Origin: Pseudomonadota bacterium
GTDB lineage: Bacteria; Bdellovibrionota_G; JALEGL01; DATDPG01
Assembly: GCA_043804515.1 (NCBI GenBank)
Contig: JAZDIZ010000140.1
Location: 1-15,384, forward strand
Reading direction: 5' to 3'
DNA length: 15,384 bases
Shown: piece after piece, positions 1 to 7,152 of the stretch
Position numbering within the stretch: the stretch's first letter is position 1
Layout of the letters: every line of letters begins with the position of its first letter
Program-made: the position numbers and the translations under genes
Notes under the pieces: generated by a model
The model's input: only the letters and a program-made list of their open reading frames with translations
What the model was told of the DNA's origin: nothing
The model's database searches: none

Positions 1-1
1 G

Positions 2-262
2 CAACGCGCGCGGAACGGCGAGTCTCTTCCTTGGAACGGCCTTCTCAGGCCGAAAACGCTTCAGGACGCGGCGCCGCTCGACGGTGCCGGCAGGAAGTTT
101 CTGGCCTCGGCGATGGATCGCCTGCGTCTGTCCGCCCGCGCACTTCACAAGACGATTGCCGTGGCCCGCATGGTCGCGGACCTCGCCGGGGAAGAGCGCA
201 TTTCGGTCTCCCACGTGGCGGAGGCCCTGAACTACCGCCCGCCACCCCTACCGGAGTTTTGA
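2..262 (+). CDS. yifB: 3' end of YifB/ComM family Mg-chelatase-like AAA+ ATPase (5'-truncated by window)
   Basis: Manual frame-2 translation QRARNGESLPWNGLL...LRLSARALHKTIAVARMVADLAGEERISVSHVAEALNYRPPPLPEF* matches the characteristic ComM/YifB C-terminus (LSARxxxRxLxVARTIADL...HxAEALxYR). TGA at 260-262. Confidence 0.88.
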   Translation, partial: QRARNGESLPWNGLLRPKTLQDAAPLDGAGRKFLASAMDRLRLSARALHKTIAVARMVADLAGEERISVSHVAEALNYRPPPLPEF

Positions 263-354
263 TGAGACACGACAGCTTCTTTTTCGAAGCGGGCGCCATA
301 CCGCCGGAATTCGATCACGACCGGATGACGAGCTTCTTTTTCGCAAGGGCTTGA
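262..354 (+). other. Candidate 30-aa Phe-rich small ORF containing a 13-bp direct repeat
   Basis: The ATG overlaps the yifB stop (TGATG). Peptide MRHDSFFFEAGAIPPEFDHDRMTSFFFARA. AGCTTCTTTTTCG occurs at 274-286 and 331-343. Confidence 0.25.
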
Positions 355-401
355 AGTTTACGCGCCGCGGCGTTATGAGACCCCCAAGCCGGGAGGTTCC
401 G

Positions 402-1568
402 ATGAAGTCACACATTCTAGTTTTGGCCGCACTTCTTATCTGCGTCGCTTTAGGGCAAACGGCGCTCGCTCAGGGAACTCAGGGGAAGAAGTCGGAGTTG
501 GTCGTCGGGCGGATCATCGACGGGTTACCGTATCTCAAGGAGATGAAGGACGCGTTCGAGCGCGAGAACCCAAATATCGCTCTGCGGTATGAGCCGCCTC
601 TGGAGGACACGACGAACCGAAGCGCCGCCAAGGCGTTTGCGGAATTGCGCGCAAAGGACGAAGTGGACGTCTTCCTCGGAGGAACCGTCGGCCTGCACGA
701 GGACGCGTGCGAGGGCAAGGTGCTCGAGGATCTACGGACCCTGGACGACATCGCATGGGTTCTTTCGGTCTACCCCAGCGACGCCGAGCGCGGATGCTGG
801 GTCGGGTACTACTACAAATATCTGGGAGTGGTTTGGAACCAGGAGGCGGTTCCGAGCGGTACCTCTTGGGCACCGAAATCGTTCAAGGATCTTCTCAGGC
901 TTCCGGGAGAGGGATTGATCGCGATCCCCCCCGCGACCGGGTCAGCGGCGCGCGATCTCCTGATCGACCTGGCCAACCAGGACAAACCGACGGCGGAGGC
1001 TTTCAGTAACGCGCTGGATAGCCATCCGCTGAGTCTGGCCGCAAAAGACCCAAAACTCAGTGATCGTTTGGTCGTTCTGGCGGAGGGGCAGCCGCAGGCT
1101 ACTGCGCTGGTCGCCCACCGGAAACTGGCCGCCGCCGTGGAGTGGGTCGGCGATGCTCTGAGGCTTCGGGCCGAACGGAAGTATGCGTGCGTTTCGATCG
1201 GCATCCCCGACGACGCCCGTCCGAGTCTGAGCGCCTTTTCCGTGCGCAGCGGGAGGGGGGCGAAGGCGGCGACGTTCATCGCGCACGTCCTGGGACCCGA
1301 CATGCTGAAGAAACATGCCGAACTGGCCTACCGATATCCTCCCACCGAGGGAGCCACCCGGGAGATCTTTCAGGCGCTTCAGAAGGGGAGCGAACTTGCT
1401 TACGTTCCCAAAGAGCTCCGGCCGACAGCCGTTGTGAGAGAGGCCGACGTCAACGCCGCCCTCTCCGATAGGGATTATTCCGGCCTTTACGGAAAGAAGG
1501 AGCCGGTGGCCTTTGACGACCTGAAGAGGCTGGATCTCTCCAAGGACCAAGGCTGCCCGGCGAAATAG
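402..1568 (+). CDS. ABC transporter extracellular solute-binding protein (AfuA/PotD/ThiB-like class II SBP), ligand unknown
   Basis: GGAGG at 392-396 precedes ATG 402. Signal peptide MKSHILVLAALLICVALGQTALA. SBP-like segments FERENPNI, DVFLGG, GVVWN, PKSFKDLL, AATFIAHVLG. Confidence 0.75.
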   Translation: MKSHILVLAALLICVALGQTALAQGTQGKKSELVVGRIIDGLPYLKEMKDAFERENPNIALRYEPPLEDTTNRSAAKAFAELRAKDEVDVFLGGTVGLHEDACEGKVLEDLRTLDDIAWVLSVYPSDAERGCWVGYYYKYLGVVWNQEAVPSGTSWAPKSFKDLLRLPGEGLIAIPPATGSAARDLLIDLANQDKPTAEAFSNALDSHPLSLAAKDPKLSDRLVVLAEGQPQATALVAHRKLAAAVEWVGDALRLRAERKYACVSIGIPDDARPSLSAFSVRSGRGAKAATFIAHVLGPDMLKKHAELAYRYPPTEGATREIFQALQKGSELAYVPKELRPTAVVREADVNAALSDRDYSGLYGKKEPVAFDDLKRLDLSKDQGCPAK

Positions 1569-1643
1569 CCCGGATAATTCACAAGGAGAGGGTCGCCCTT
1601 CCTCATTGTTAAATTAAGGGGCGCGCCGTTAGGTTCAGCGGCG
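1566..1643. repeat. Degenerate dispersed element copy 1 (IS/MITE-end-like)
   Basis: TAG-CC-CGGATAATTCAC-AAGGA-GAGGGTCG, then GGCGCGCCGT and hairpin 1624-1630/1637-1643. Similar to 14614-14671. Confidence 0.45.
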
Positions 1644-1712
1644 ACTGTGCCCTCTTTGAACCCGGGTTTTCGGACAAGACAGAAGTCCTTTAGACTCATA
1701 AATGCGTCGCAA

Positions 1713-1858
1713 GGAAAGAACGTGGTCGTAGCTGCGAAGCGGAGACGGGCGGGACGAAAAAGCGTGCCGGAAAGGGCCGTATCTATGCATCAAATAACCA
1801 CGGCCCTTGAGCGCCGAGCGGCGGAGGGCGGCGTAACGCCCGACGACCGCGTCTTTTT
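1713..1858. repeat. ~145-bp imperfect palindrome / structured element
   Basis: Nested stems: 1721-1729/1843-1851, 1746-1751/1837-1842 and perfect AAGGGCCGT 1772-1780 / ACGGCCCTT 1800-1808. Side hairpin GCT-GCGA-AGC at 1731-1740. Confidence 0.6.
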
Positions 1859-1909
1859 CGGACCGACCGGCTTCGCGCCGCAGCCAAAAAGAAGTCAAAT
1901 CCCTTGACG

Positions 1910-2512
1910 CTATTTCAAAGACTTCCGGGCGATGAGCTGGACGCGCGCTTCGGTCGGGGAGATCTGGCGCTCGTTGTAGAAAACCAGGTGAAGGTCGCGC
2001 ACGTGGTCCAGTGCTTCGGTCGGCCGGAAGCACTCGAACGGCTCAGGCTTGAAGCCCCCCTCCATCCTGAGCTGCTCGACCGTGTACGCCTCCAATAACA
2101 GCGTTCCGCCTTTATTGAGGCCGCGCGCCAGATTCTTCATCATCGTGAGCTGGGGGTGATAGTCGGTCAGGACGATCGTGTCGTACTTCATCAGTGGAAT
2201 CAGAAAAAAGTCCAAATCGTTGTTCTTGGCCTCGAACTGGACCCCCGTTTCCTGGGCCAACTTCTTGGCCCGTTCCACGGCCTGGTCGGCGAAATCCACG
2301 CCGGTCACTTTGAACCCCTTGGAAGCCAGGTACACCGCGTTCCGGCCTTCCCCCATGGCCACGTCCAGTGTGTCTCCTTTCCGAAGGAGTGAAACGTTCT
2401 CATGAAGGAACGAAGACGGGGCTTTTCCGTAAAGATAATCGGGAGATGCGGAATATTTTTTCGCCCACCACTCCTTCGAGCCTTCGCGGATGGGAAGCTG
2501 AGGTTCCGTCAT
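1910..2512 (-). CDS. Class I SAM-dependent methyltransferase (TehB-like)
   Basis: Motif I LDVAMGEGRNAVYLA, VTGVD, and N-terminal W..KY....YLYGKAPSSFL. Start taken at ATG 2512 because the upstream extension to 2599 abuts the divergent gene. Confidence 0.88.
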   Translation of the reverse strand: MTEPQLPIREGSKEWWAKKYSASPDYLYGKAPSSFLHENVSLLRKGDTLDVAMGEGRNAVYLASKGFKVTGVDFADQAVERAKKLAQETGVQFEAKNNDLDFFLIPLMKYDTIVLTDYHPQLTMMKNLARGLNKGGTLLLEAYTVEQLRMEGGFKPEPFECFRPTEALDHVRDLHLVFYNERQISPTEARVQLIARKSLK

Positions 2513-2522
2513 AACGGCCCGA

Positions 2523-2528
2523 ATCTTA
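2523..2528 (-). promoter_or_regulatory. Putative -10 box (TAAGAT) of the methyltransferase gene, near-leaderless
   Basis: TAAGAT on the minus strand ends 10 nt before ATG 2512. No Shine-Dalgarno and no good -35. Confidence 0.35.
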
Positions 2529-2597
2529 GCCCAGTTCCGGCTGGAGCGCCTCTTTACAGAGCCGCCTCGACTGGCTAGGTTAACGGCCGATTCACCC

Positions 2598-3695
2598 ATG
2601 TTGGAGTTTCAAAAGCTGGTGTCCCCGCTCCGGTCCCTTTTTGGGGAAGAGGGGAAGCCGGGAAGTACGGCGGGCCCGGTCCTGCCGATGAATTCGCCCA
2701 ACGTCATGCGCGTTGAAGGCTTCCCCTCCGGCTTCCATGTCTATGGAATCACACAGGGACCGGCCGGTCCCGGCCAGGTCCTGTTGGGAGCTAGTGATCC
2801 GGTCACGAGCAAGGGCGTGGTCTTCCTGGGGGACGGGCAATCGGAGTGGAAACGGGTCGATCTGCCGGATGAAACCGCCCTGGTAAGCTCTTTCTTAAGG
2901 CTTAGAGACGGGCGATACCTGGCGGGCGGCGCGAACTCCGTCGGGCGCGGGGCGCTCCTGATGGGGGATCCCACGGGGACGAGTTGGAAGAGCGTGGACC
3001 TGGATCTTCATTCGTACGGAGGGATCGCGGCACTTTTCGAGGCCCCTGACAGCACTCTGGTCGTTACGGCGGGCCAGATTTCGGAACGAGAGAATGCGAA
3101 ACCGGTTCTGTTCCGGTCCGCCGACCAAGGGATCACATGGACGCGGGAAGAATTTGATTCTTCCGCGACACGGTTCTCGGCCACGGAGACCTGTCGCGAC
3201 GGAACAACCTATTTAGGAACGGCGGGGGAAGGAACCCCCATCCTGTACCGAAGCAGGGACGGAGGGCGAACTCTCGAAAAATTGCCGGACCTGCCGGCGT
3301 ACAAGACGTACAAAACGATCAGCCTGAAGCTGGTGAAAGCGGGCCGCGAGCCCAAGATTTTTGCGCTCGTTTCGGGGCATAGGCCCGACCTGAAGGAACG
3401 CGTGGTGAGGATGTACGCCTCCACGCTCGACTTCTCGGGCTGGGAACAGCTTCCGGAAATAGGGAATTCCAGTTTTCTGTACTCCTTCCTGGTAACGCGG
3501 CGGAACGTGTTCTATGCGGGAAGTGACAAAGGAAGGATTTTCAGGTCGGACGACCTGGGTCTTTCGTGGGAAGCGACAACCCGGTTCCCCACGAACGTGG
3601 GCGCGTATGCCCTCTTTGAAGACGGCCACGGGCGCATCTGGGTGGGAAAGGATTTCGCGGTCCCCTCGGCGTACAGCCTATGGCAACTGACGTGA
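2598..3695 (+). CDS. BNR/Asp-box repeat beta-propeller protein
   Basis: Asp-box motifs RSADQGITW, RSRDGGRTL, RSDDLGLSW plus degenerate GDGQSEW and DPTGTSW. No obvious signal peptide. Overlaps ispG. Confidence 0.8.
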   Translation: MLEFQKLVSPLRSLFGEEGKPGSTAGPVLPMNSPNVMRVEGFPSGFHVYGITQGPAGPGQVLLGASDPVTSKGVVFLGDGQSEWKRVDLPDETALVSSFLRLRDGRYLAGGANSVGRGALLMGDPTGTSWKSVDLDLHSYGGIAALFEAPDSTLVVTAGQISERENAKPVLFRSADQGITWTREEFDSSATRFSATETCRDGTTYLGTAGEGTPILYRSRDGGRTLEKLPDLPAYKTYKTISLKLVKAGREPKIFALVSGHRPDLKERVVRMYASTLDFSGWEQLPEIGNSSFLYSFLVTRRNVFYAGSDKGRIFRSDDLGLSWEATTRFPTNVGAYALFEDGHGRIWVGKDFAVPSAYSLWQLT

Positions 3696-5668
3696 AAGCG
3701 CTCTACACGGAATCCCTCATCGATCCTCCCCGCCGCCGGACCCGAGTCGTTTCCGTGGGCGACGTCAAGATCGGGGGCCCGAATCCGATCGTTGTGCAAT
3801 CGATGGTCACGAGCCCGACGACCGACACGAAAGCCACGGTTGACCAGATCGAGGCGCTGGCAGGGGCGGGGTGCGAGATCGTACGCCTTACGATCCCTTC
3901 CATGGCCGATGTGGAGAATCTCCCGAACATCCGGGCGGAGATGAAACGCCGGAAAGTCCACGTTCCCCTTGTGGCGGACGTGCACTTTCTGCCCCAGGTC
4001 GCGCTTAGAGCGTGCGACTACGTTGAAAAGGTGCGGATCAACCCGGGCAACTTCGCCGATCGCAAGCGCTTTGAGGCCGTGGAATACACCGATCAGGAAT
4101 ACCGGGCGGAGCTGGAACGTGTCCGTGAGGCGTTCCTGCCGCTGGTGCGCAGGGCTAAAGAGCTCGGCGTGGCCATGAGAATCGGCGCGAACCATGGTTC
4201 GCTGTGCGACCGGATCCTGAACCGCTATGGGGATACGCCGCTCGGAATGGCGGAATCGGCGTTGGAGTTCGCGAGAATAGCGGAGGAGGCGGAGTACCGG
4301 GACCTCGTCTTCTCGATGAAGGCCTCCAGCTGCCATGTGACGATCCAAGCCTATCGGGTACTGGCCTCGCGGATGAAGGAACTGGGGATGGATTATCCGC
4401 TGCACCTCGGCGTCACTGAAGCCGGCGCGGGAGAAGACGGTCGGATCAAGTCGGCGGTGGGTATCGCATCGCTCCTGGCCGACGGCTTGGGCGACACGGT
4501 GCGGGTGTCTTTGACCGAGGTTTCAATCCACGAGATTCCCGTGGCCCGCCGCCTGATCGAACTCTTTGCGAGGCCCTCGATGCCGCCTTCCGCCTCGAAT
4601 GAAAAGATCGACCCGGCATGGGATCCCTGCTCGTACCGCCGCCGGCCCAGCCGGGAGCTGCCCAACCGGGTCCATTCGGTCGGTGGGAACGCCCCCGTGC
4701 GCGTCCGCACGCACGTCATCGCCGATCGCCCGGAGGACCTTCCGCGATTGCTCGGGCGGTTGGAGCCTCCGCTTGAGGCTCTGGCGTTAGAGTTTTCCAA
4801 ACGTGTTTCCTGGGCCGACATCTTAAAACCCGTGGAGGACCGGGTCTCGGTTTCACTCCGGTTGGGAGCGGAGACACCCGGAGATTTGACGGAGCAGATC
4901 CCATTCGACGAACTCTCCCTGGTCACCAGTACGGCGTGGGCCGATGCGGGGTATGCGGAAAAACTGGCGGCTCGGCTCGGAAAACGCCCGCTGTGGTTGC
5001 GTGTCCGCACGGAGAGCGAGCTCAACACGGCAATCCCGGTTCTGAAGGCTCTTGCGGAAAAGATCCCGGCCGGAGTCGAGGCGGAGGGTACCCGCCTTTT
5101 GCCGTTGGGGAGAAAGGTGGCTTCGGCGTTCAAGAGGGAGGGGCTCGATCCCCCGATCCATCTTCATTTTGTGGCGCCCTTGGAGCTGTCGGAAGAGGCA
5201 ATCCTCCTCAAGGCTTCCGGCGAACTGGGCGGACTTTTGTGCGACGGCATCGGCGACAGCGTGGAAATCTCTTCAAGCGGCGATGTGGGGTTCAACCACC
5301 GCCTGGCGTTCGGCATCCTCCAAGCAGCCCGTTTGCGGATGTCGAAAACGGAATACATCTCGTGCCCGTCCTGCGGCCGCACACTTTTCGACCTTCAGGT
5401 GACCACGGCCCGCATTCGATCCAAGACAAACCATCTCAAAGGTGTGAAAATCGCCGTCATGGGATGCGTCGTGAACGGCCCCGGGGAGATGGCGGACGCC
5501 GACTTCGGCTACGTGGGATCCGGTCCGGGCCTTGTCAATCTGTTCGTGGGAAAGGAATGCGTGAAACGCCACGTCCCCGAGGCGCAAGCGGAGGAGCAGC
5601 TGATCCAGCTCATCAAAGAGCACGGAAAGTGGGCGGATCCCCCGCTTCCGCGTCCGGGTGAAGCGTGA
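3680..5668 (+). CDS. ispG: (E)-4-hydroxy-3-methylbut-2-enyl-diphosphate synthase, long three-domain form
   Basis: IGGPNPIVVQSM, PLVADVHF, KVRINPGN, MRIGANHGSL, YPLHLGVTEAG, GDTVRVSLT. 4Fe-4S ligands in CPSCGR and MGCVVNGPGE. Alternative start GTG 3692. Confidence 0.97.
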   Translation: MATDVKALYTESLIDPPRRRTRVVSVGDVKIGGPNPIVVQSMVTSPTTDTKATVDQIEALAGAGCEIVRLTIPSMADVENLPNIRAEMKRRKVHVPLVADVHFLPQVALRACDYVEKVRINPGNFADRKRFEAVEYTDQEYRAELERVREAFLPLVRRAKELGVAMRIGANHGSLCDRILNRYGDTPLGMAESALEFARIAEEAEYRDLVFSMKASSCHVTIQAYRVLASRMKELGMDYPLHLGVTEAGAGEDGRIKSAVGIASLLADGLGDTVRVSLTEVSIHEIPVARRLIELFARPSMPPSASNEKIDPAWDPCSYRRRPSRELPNRVHSVGGNAPVRVRTHVIADRPEDLPRLLGRLEPPLEALALEFSKRVSWADILKPVEDRVSVSLRLGAETPGDLTEQIPFDELSLVTSTAWADAGYAEKLAARLGKRPLWLRVRTESELNTAIPVLKALAEKIPAGVEAEGTRLLPLGRKVASAFKREGLDPPIHLHFVAPLELSEEAILLKASGELGGLLCDGIGDSVEISSSGDVGFNHRLAFGILQAARLRMSKTEYISCPSCGRTLFDLQVTTARIRSKTNHLKGVKIAVMGCVVNGPGEMADADFGYVGSGPGLVNLFVGKECVKRHVPEAQAEEQLIQLIKEHGKWADPPLPRPGEA

Positions 5669-6825
5669 AGACGGATCTGCTTCAGAAAGTCCTCTCCATC
5701 TCGTTTGACAATCCTGCGGCCTTTGACAGAGCTGTGGACGACGAAGTCACTCGCAACCGGCGCCTCATGTCGAAGGAGCGGCGCGAGTTGACCGACCTCC
5801 TCTTCGATTGCGTCCGATGGCGCCGCCGGATCTGGGGCGAGATCTTCCCGTCGAATCTGGATCCGGAATCCCTTCACAAAAAGCTGGAGGACGCGCGCTC
5901 TCTTCGGGCGACCCCGCCGATGGCGCGATGGTCCACGTTGTCCGTCGATGCCTTGGCCCGGGAGCTTTCCTTCCCCACGTGGATTCTCGAGCGTTGGGTC
6001 GCCGAATTCGGCTTCACGTCGGCCGTCCCGTTGGCTCTTTCTCTCAACGAGCCGGCCCCGCTCACGATCCGGGCGAACGAGCTGAAGACGGACCGGGCGA
6101 CGCTCAAGAAAGCGCTGGCCGCGGAAGACGTCCCTTCGGCCGAGGGAAAGCACTCGCCGTGGGCCCTGCATCTCAAGGACCGGGTCAACATCCGGTCGCT
6201 CAAGGCTTTCAAGCTGGGTTGGTTCGAGGCGCAGGACGAGGCGAGCCAGCTTGCCGTGATCGGTTCGGGAGCGAAGGCGGGGGACACGGTCGTGGACGTG
6301 GGAGCGGGGACCGGCGGAAAGACATTGGCGTTCGCGGCGCTCATGGCGAACCAAGGGGGAATCGTGGCCGTCGACTCGGACTCGCGCAAAGAAGAGGAAT
6401 TCAAAGCACGGTGCAAACGGAACGGCGTGAAGATCGCCCGTTTCCGGTGGGTGGCGCAGGACGACCCCAACCCCCTGGCTGAACTCAAAGAACAGGCGGA
6501 CGTCGTGCTGGTCGACGCTCCCTGTTCCTCATTGGGCACGCTCCGCCGCCGGCCGGCGCTCAAATGGGAAACCGGCCCGGCTTCAATCCCGAAACTGGCC
6601 GCCCGCCAGATCGCGCTCCTCAAACGTTCGGCGTCTCTGGTTAAACCGAACGGCCGTCTTGTCTACGTTACGTGCACGATCAACAAGGAAGAGAACTCCG
6701 CCATCGTGGAAAGATTCCTGCAGGACGAGCCCGGCTTTGCCGCTCCATCCGCCCCCAAAACATTGCGCCCCGACGCCGAAGGTACGGACGGATTTTTTGT
6801 CGCGACGCTTGTAAGGCACGCGTAA
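5665..6825 (+). CDS. RsmB/NOP family RNA m5C methyltransferase (Sun/Fmu-like)
   Basis: AQDEASQL, VVDVGAGTGGKT, VLVDAPCS, LVYVTCT..EEN, DGFF. GTGA overlap with the ispG stop. Confidence 0.92.
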   Translation: MKTDLLQKVLSISFDNPAAFDRAVDDEVTRNRRLMSKERRELTDLLFDCVRWRRRIWGEIFPSNLDPESLHKKLEDARSLRATPPMARWSTLSVDALARELSFPTWILERWVAEFGFTSAVPLALSLNEPAPLTIRANELKTDRATLKKALAAEDVPSAEGKHSPWALHLKDRVNIRSLKAFKLGWFEAQDEASQLAVIGSGAKAGDTVVDVGAGTGGKTLAFAALMANQGGIVAVDSDSRKEEEFKARCKRNGVKIARFRWVAQDDPNPLAELKEQADVVLVDAPCSSLGTLRRRPALKWETGPASIPKLAARQIALLKRSASLVKPNGRLVYVTCTINKEENSAIVERFLQDEPGFAAPSAPKTLRPDAEGTDGFFVATLVRHA

Positions 6826-6942
6826 TTCGATAAAAGCGAGGTTCATCTTCGGACGCAACGCGCTGCGCCGGAAATCGCCGGAACCGGTTCTTTATCTTAC
6901 ACTGGCGACAACACAACCAATTGTTATTGTTTGTATTTGATT

Positions 6943-6970
6943 AGCTTTTGGATAAAAATTATCCAGAGCT
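6943..6970. promoter_or_regulatory. Inverted repeat / operator-like site in AT-rich DNA
   Basis: AGCTTTTGGATAA-AAA-TTATCCAGAGCT, with perfect core TGGATAA 6949-6955 / TTATCCA 6959-6965. Confidence 0.45.
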
Positions 6971-7124
6971 GGAAACAATAGCTCCCCCCCGCAAGGTCGG
7001 GAAGCATCACGTGGCACTTGGCGGAAGCCGACACATGCGGGACGAAAATCTCCTCGGTTCTGTTTGTCCGATTTTTTGTTGTGACAAATTGAAATGACAC
7101 GCTTTTTCCTCCGCTCCGCCTGCG

Positions 7125-7140
7125 TGGCATGTGGTGTGCA
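7125..7140 (+). promoter_or_regulatory. Putative sigma54 (-24/-12) promoter
   Basis: TGGCATG-TGGT-GTGCA versus consensus TGGCACG-N4-TTGCW, with exact GG-N10-GC spacing. Imperfect palindrome GTGACA-N8-TGACAC upstream at 7081-7100. Confidence 0.55.
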
Positions 7141-7152
7141 CAACCATCGGTC

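Noticed and set aside
31..354. 107-aa ORF from the track
   Set aside because: It overlaps the clear yifB C-terminus in another frame; only the last 30 codons are a candidate small ORF.
1583..1690. 6S RNA resemblance (GGTTCA..TGAACC)
   Set aside because: No long closing stem with a central bubble could be built, and there is no typical 6S gene context.
1487..2033. Short ORFs 1487-1699 (-), 1647-1907 (+) and 1635-2033 (-)
   Set aside because: No recognisable motifs; they run through palindromic repeat-like DNA or overlap real genes.
2756..2771. 16-bp palindrome GGGACCGGCCGGTCCC
   Set aside because: Nearly all GC, inside coding sequence (GPAGP); plausible by chance in high-GC DNA.
6971..7060. 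c-di-GMP riboswitch resemblance (GGAAACAAT..GGCACTTG; GGGACGAAAA)
   Set aside because: It lacks the class II GTGCAAC pseudoknot partner and kink-turn, and the class I GGYAAAC/GACGCAAA core is not properly formed.
6890..7100. Replication origin
   Set aside because: Only two mismatched DnaA-like boxes, and no dnaA, dnaN or gidA nearby.
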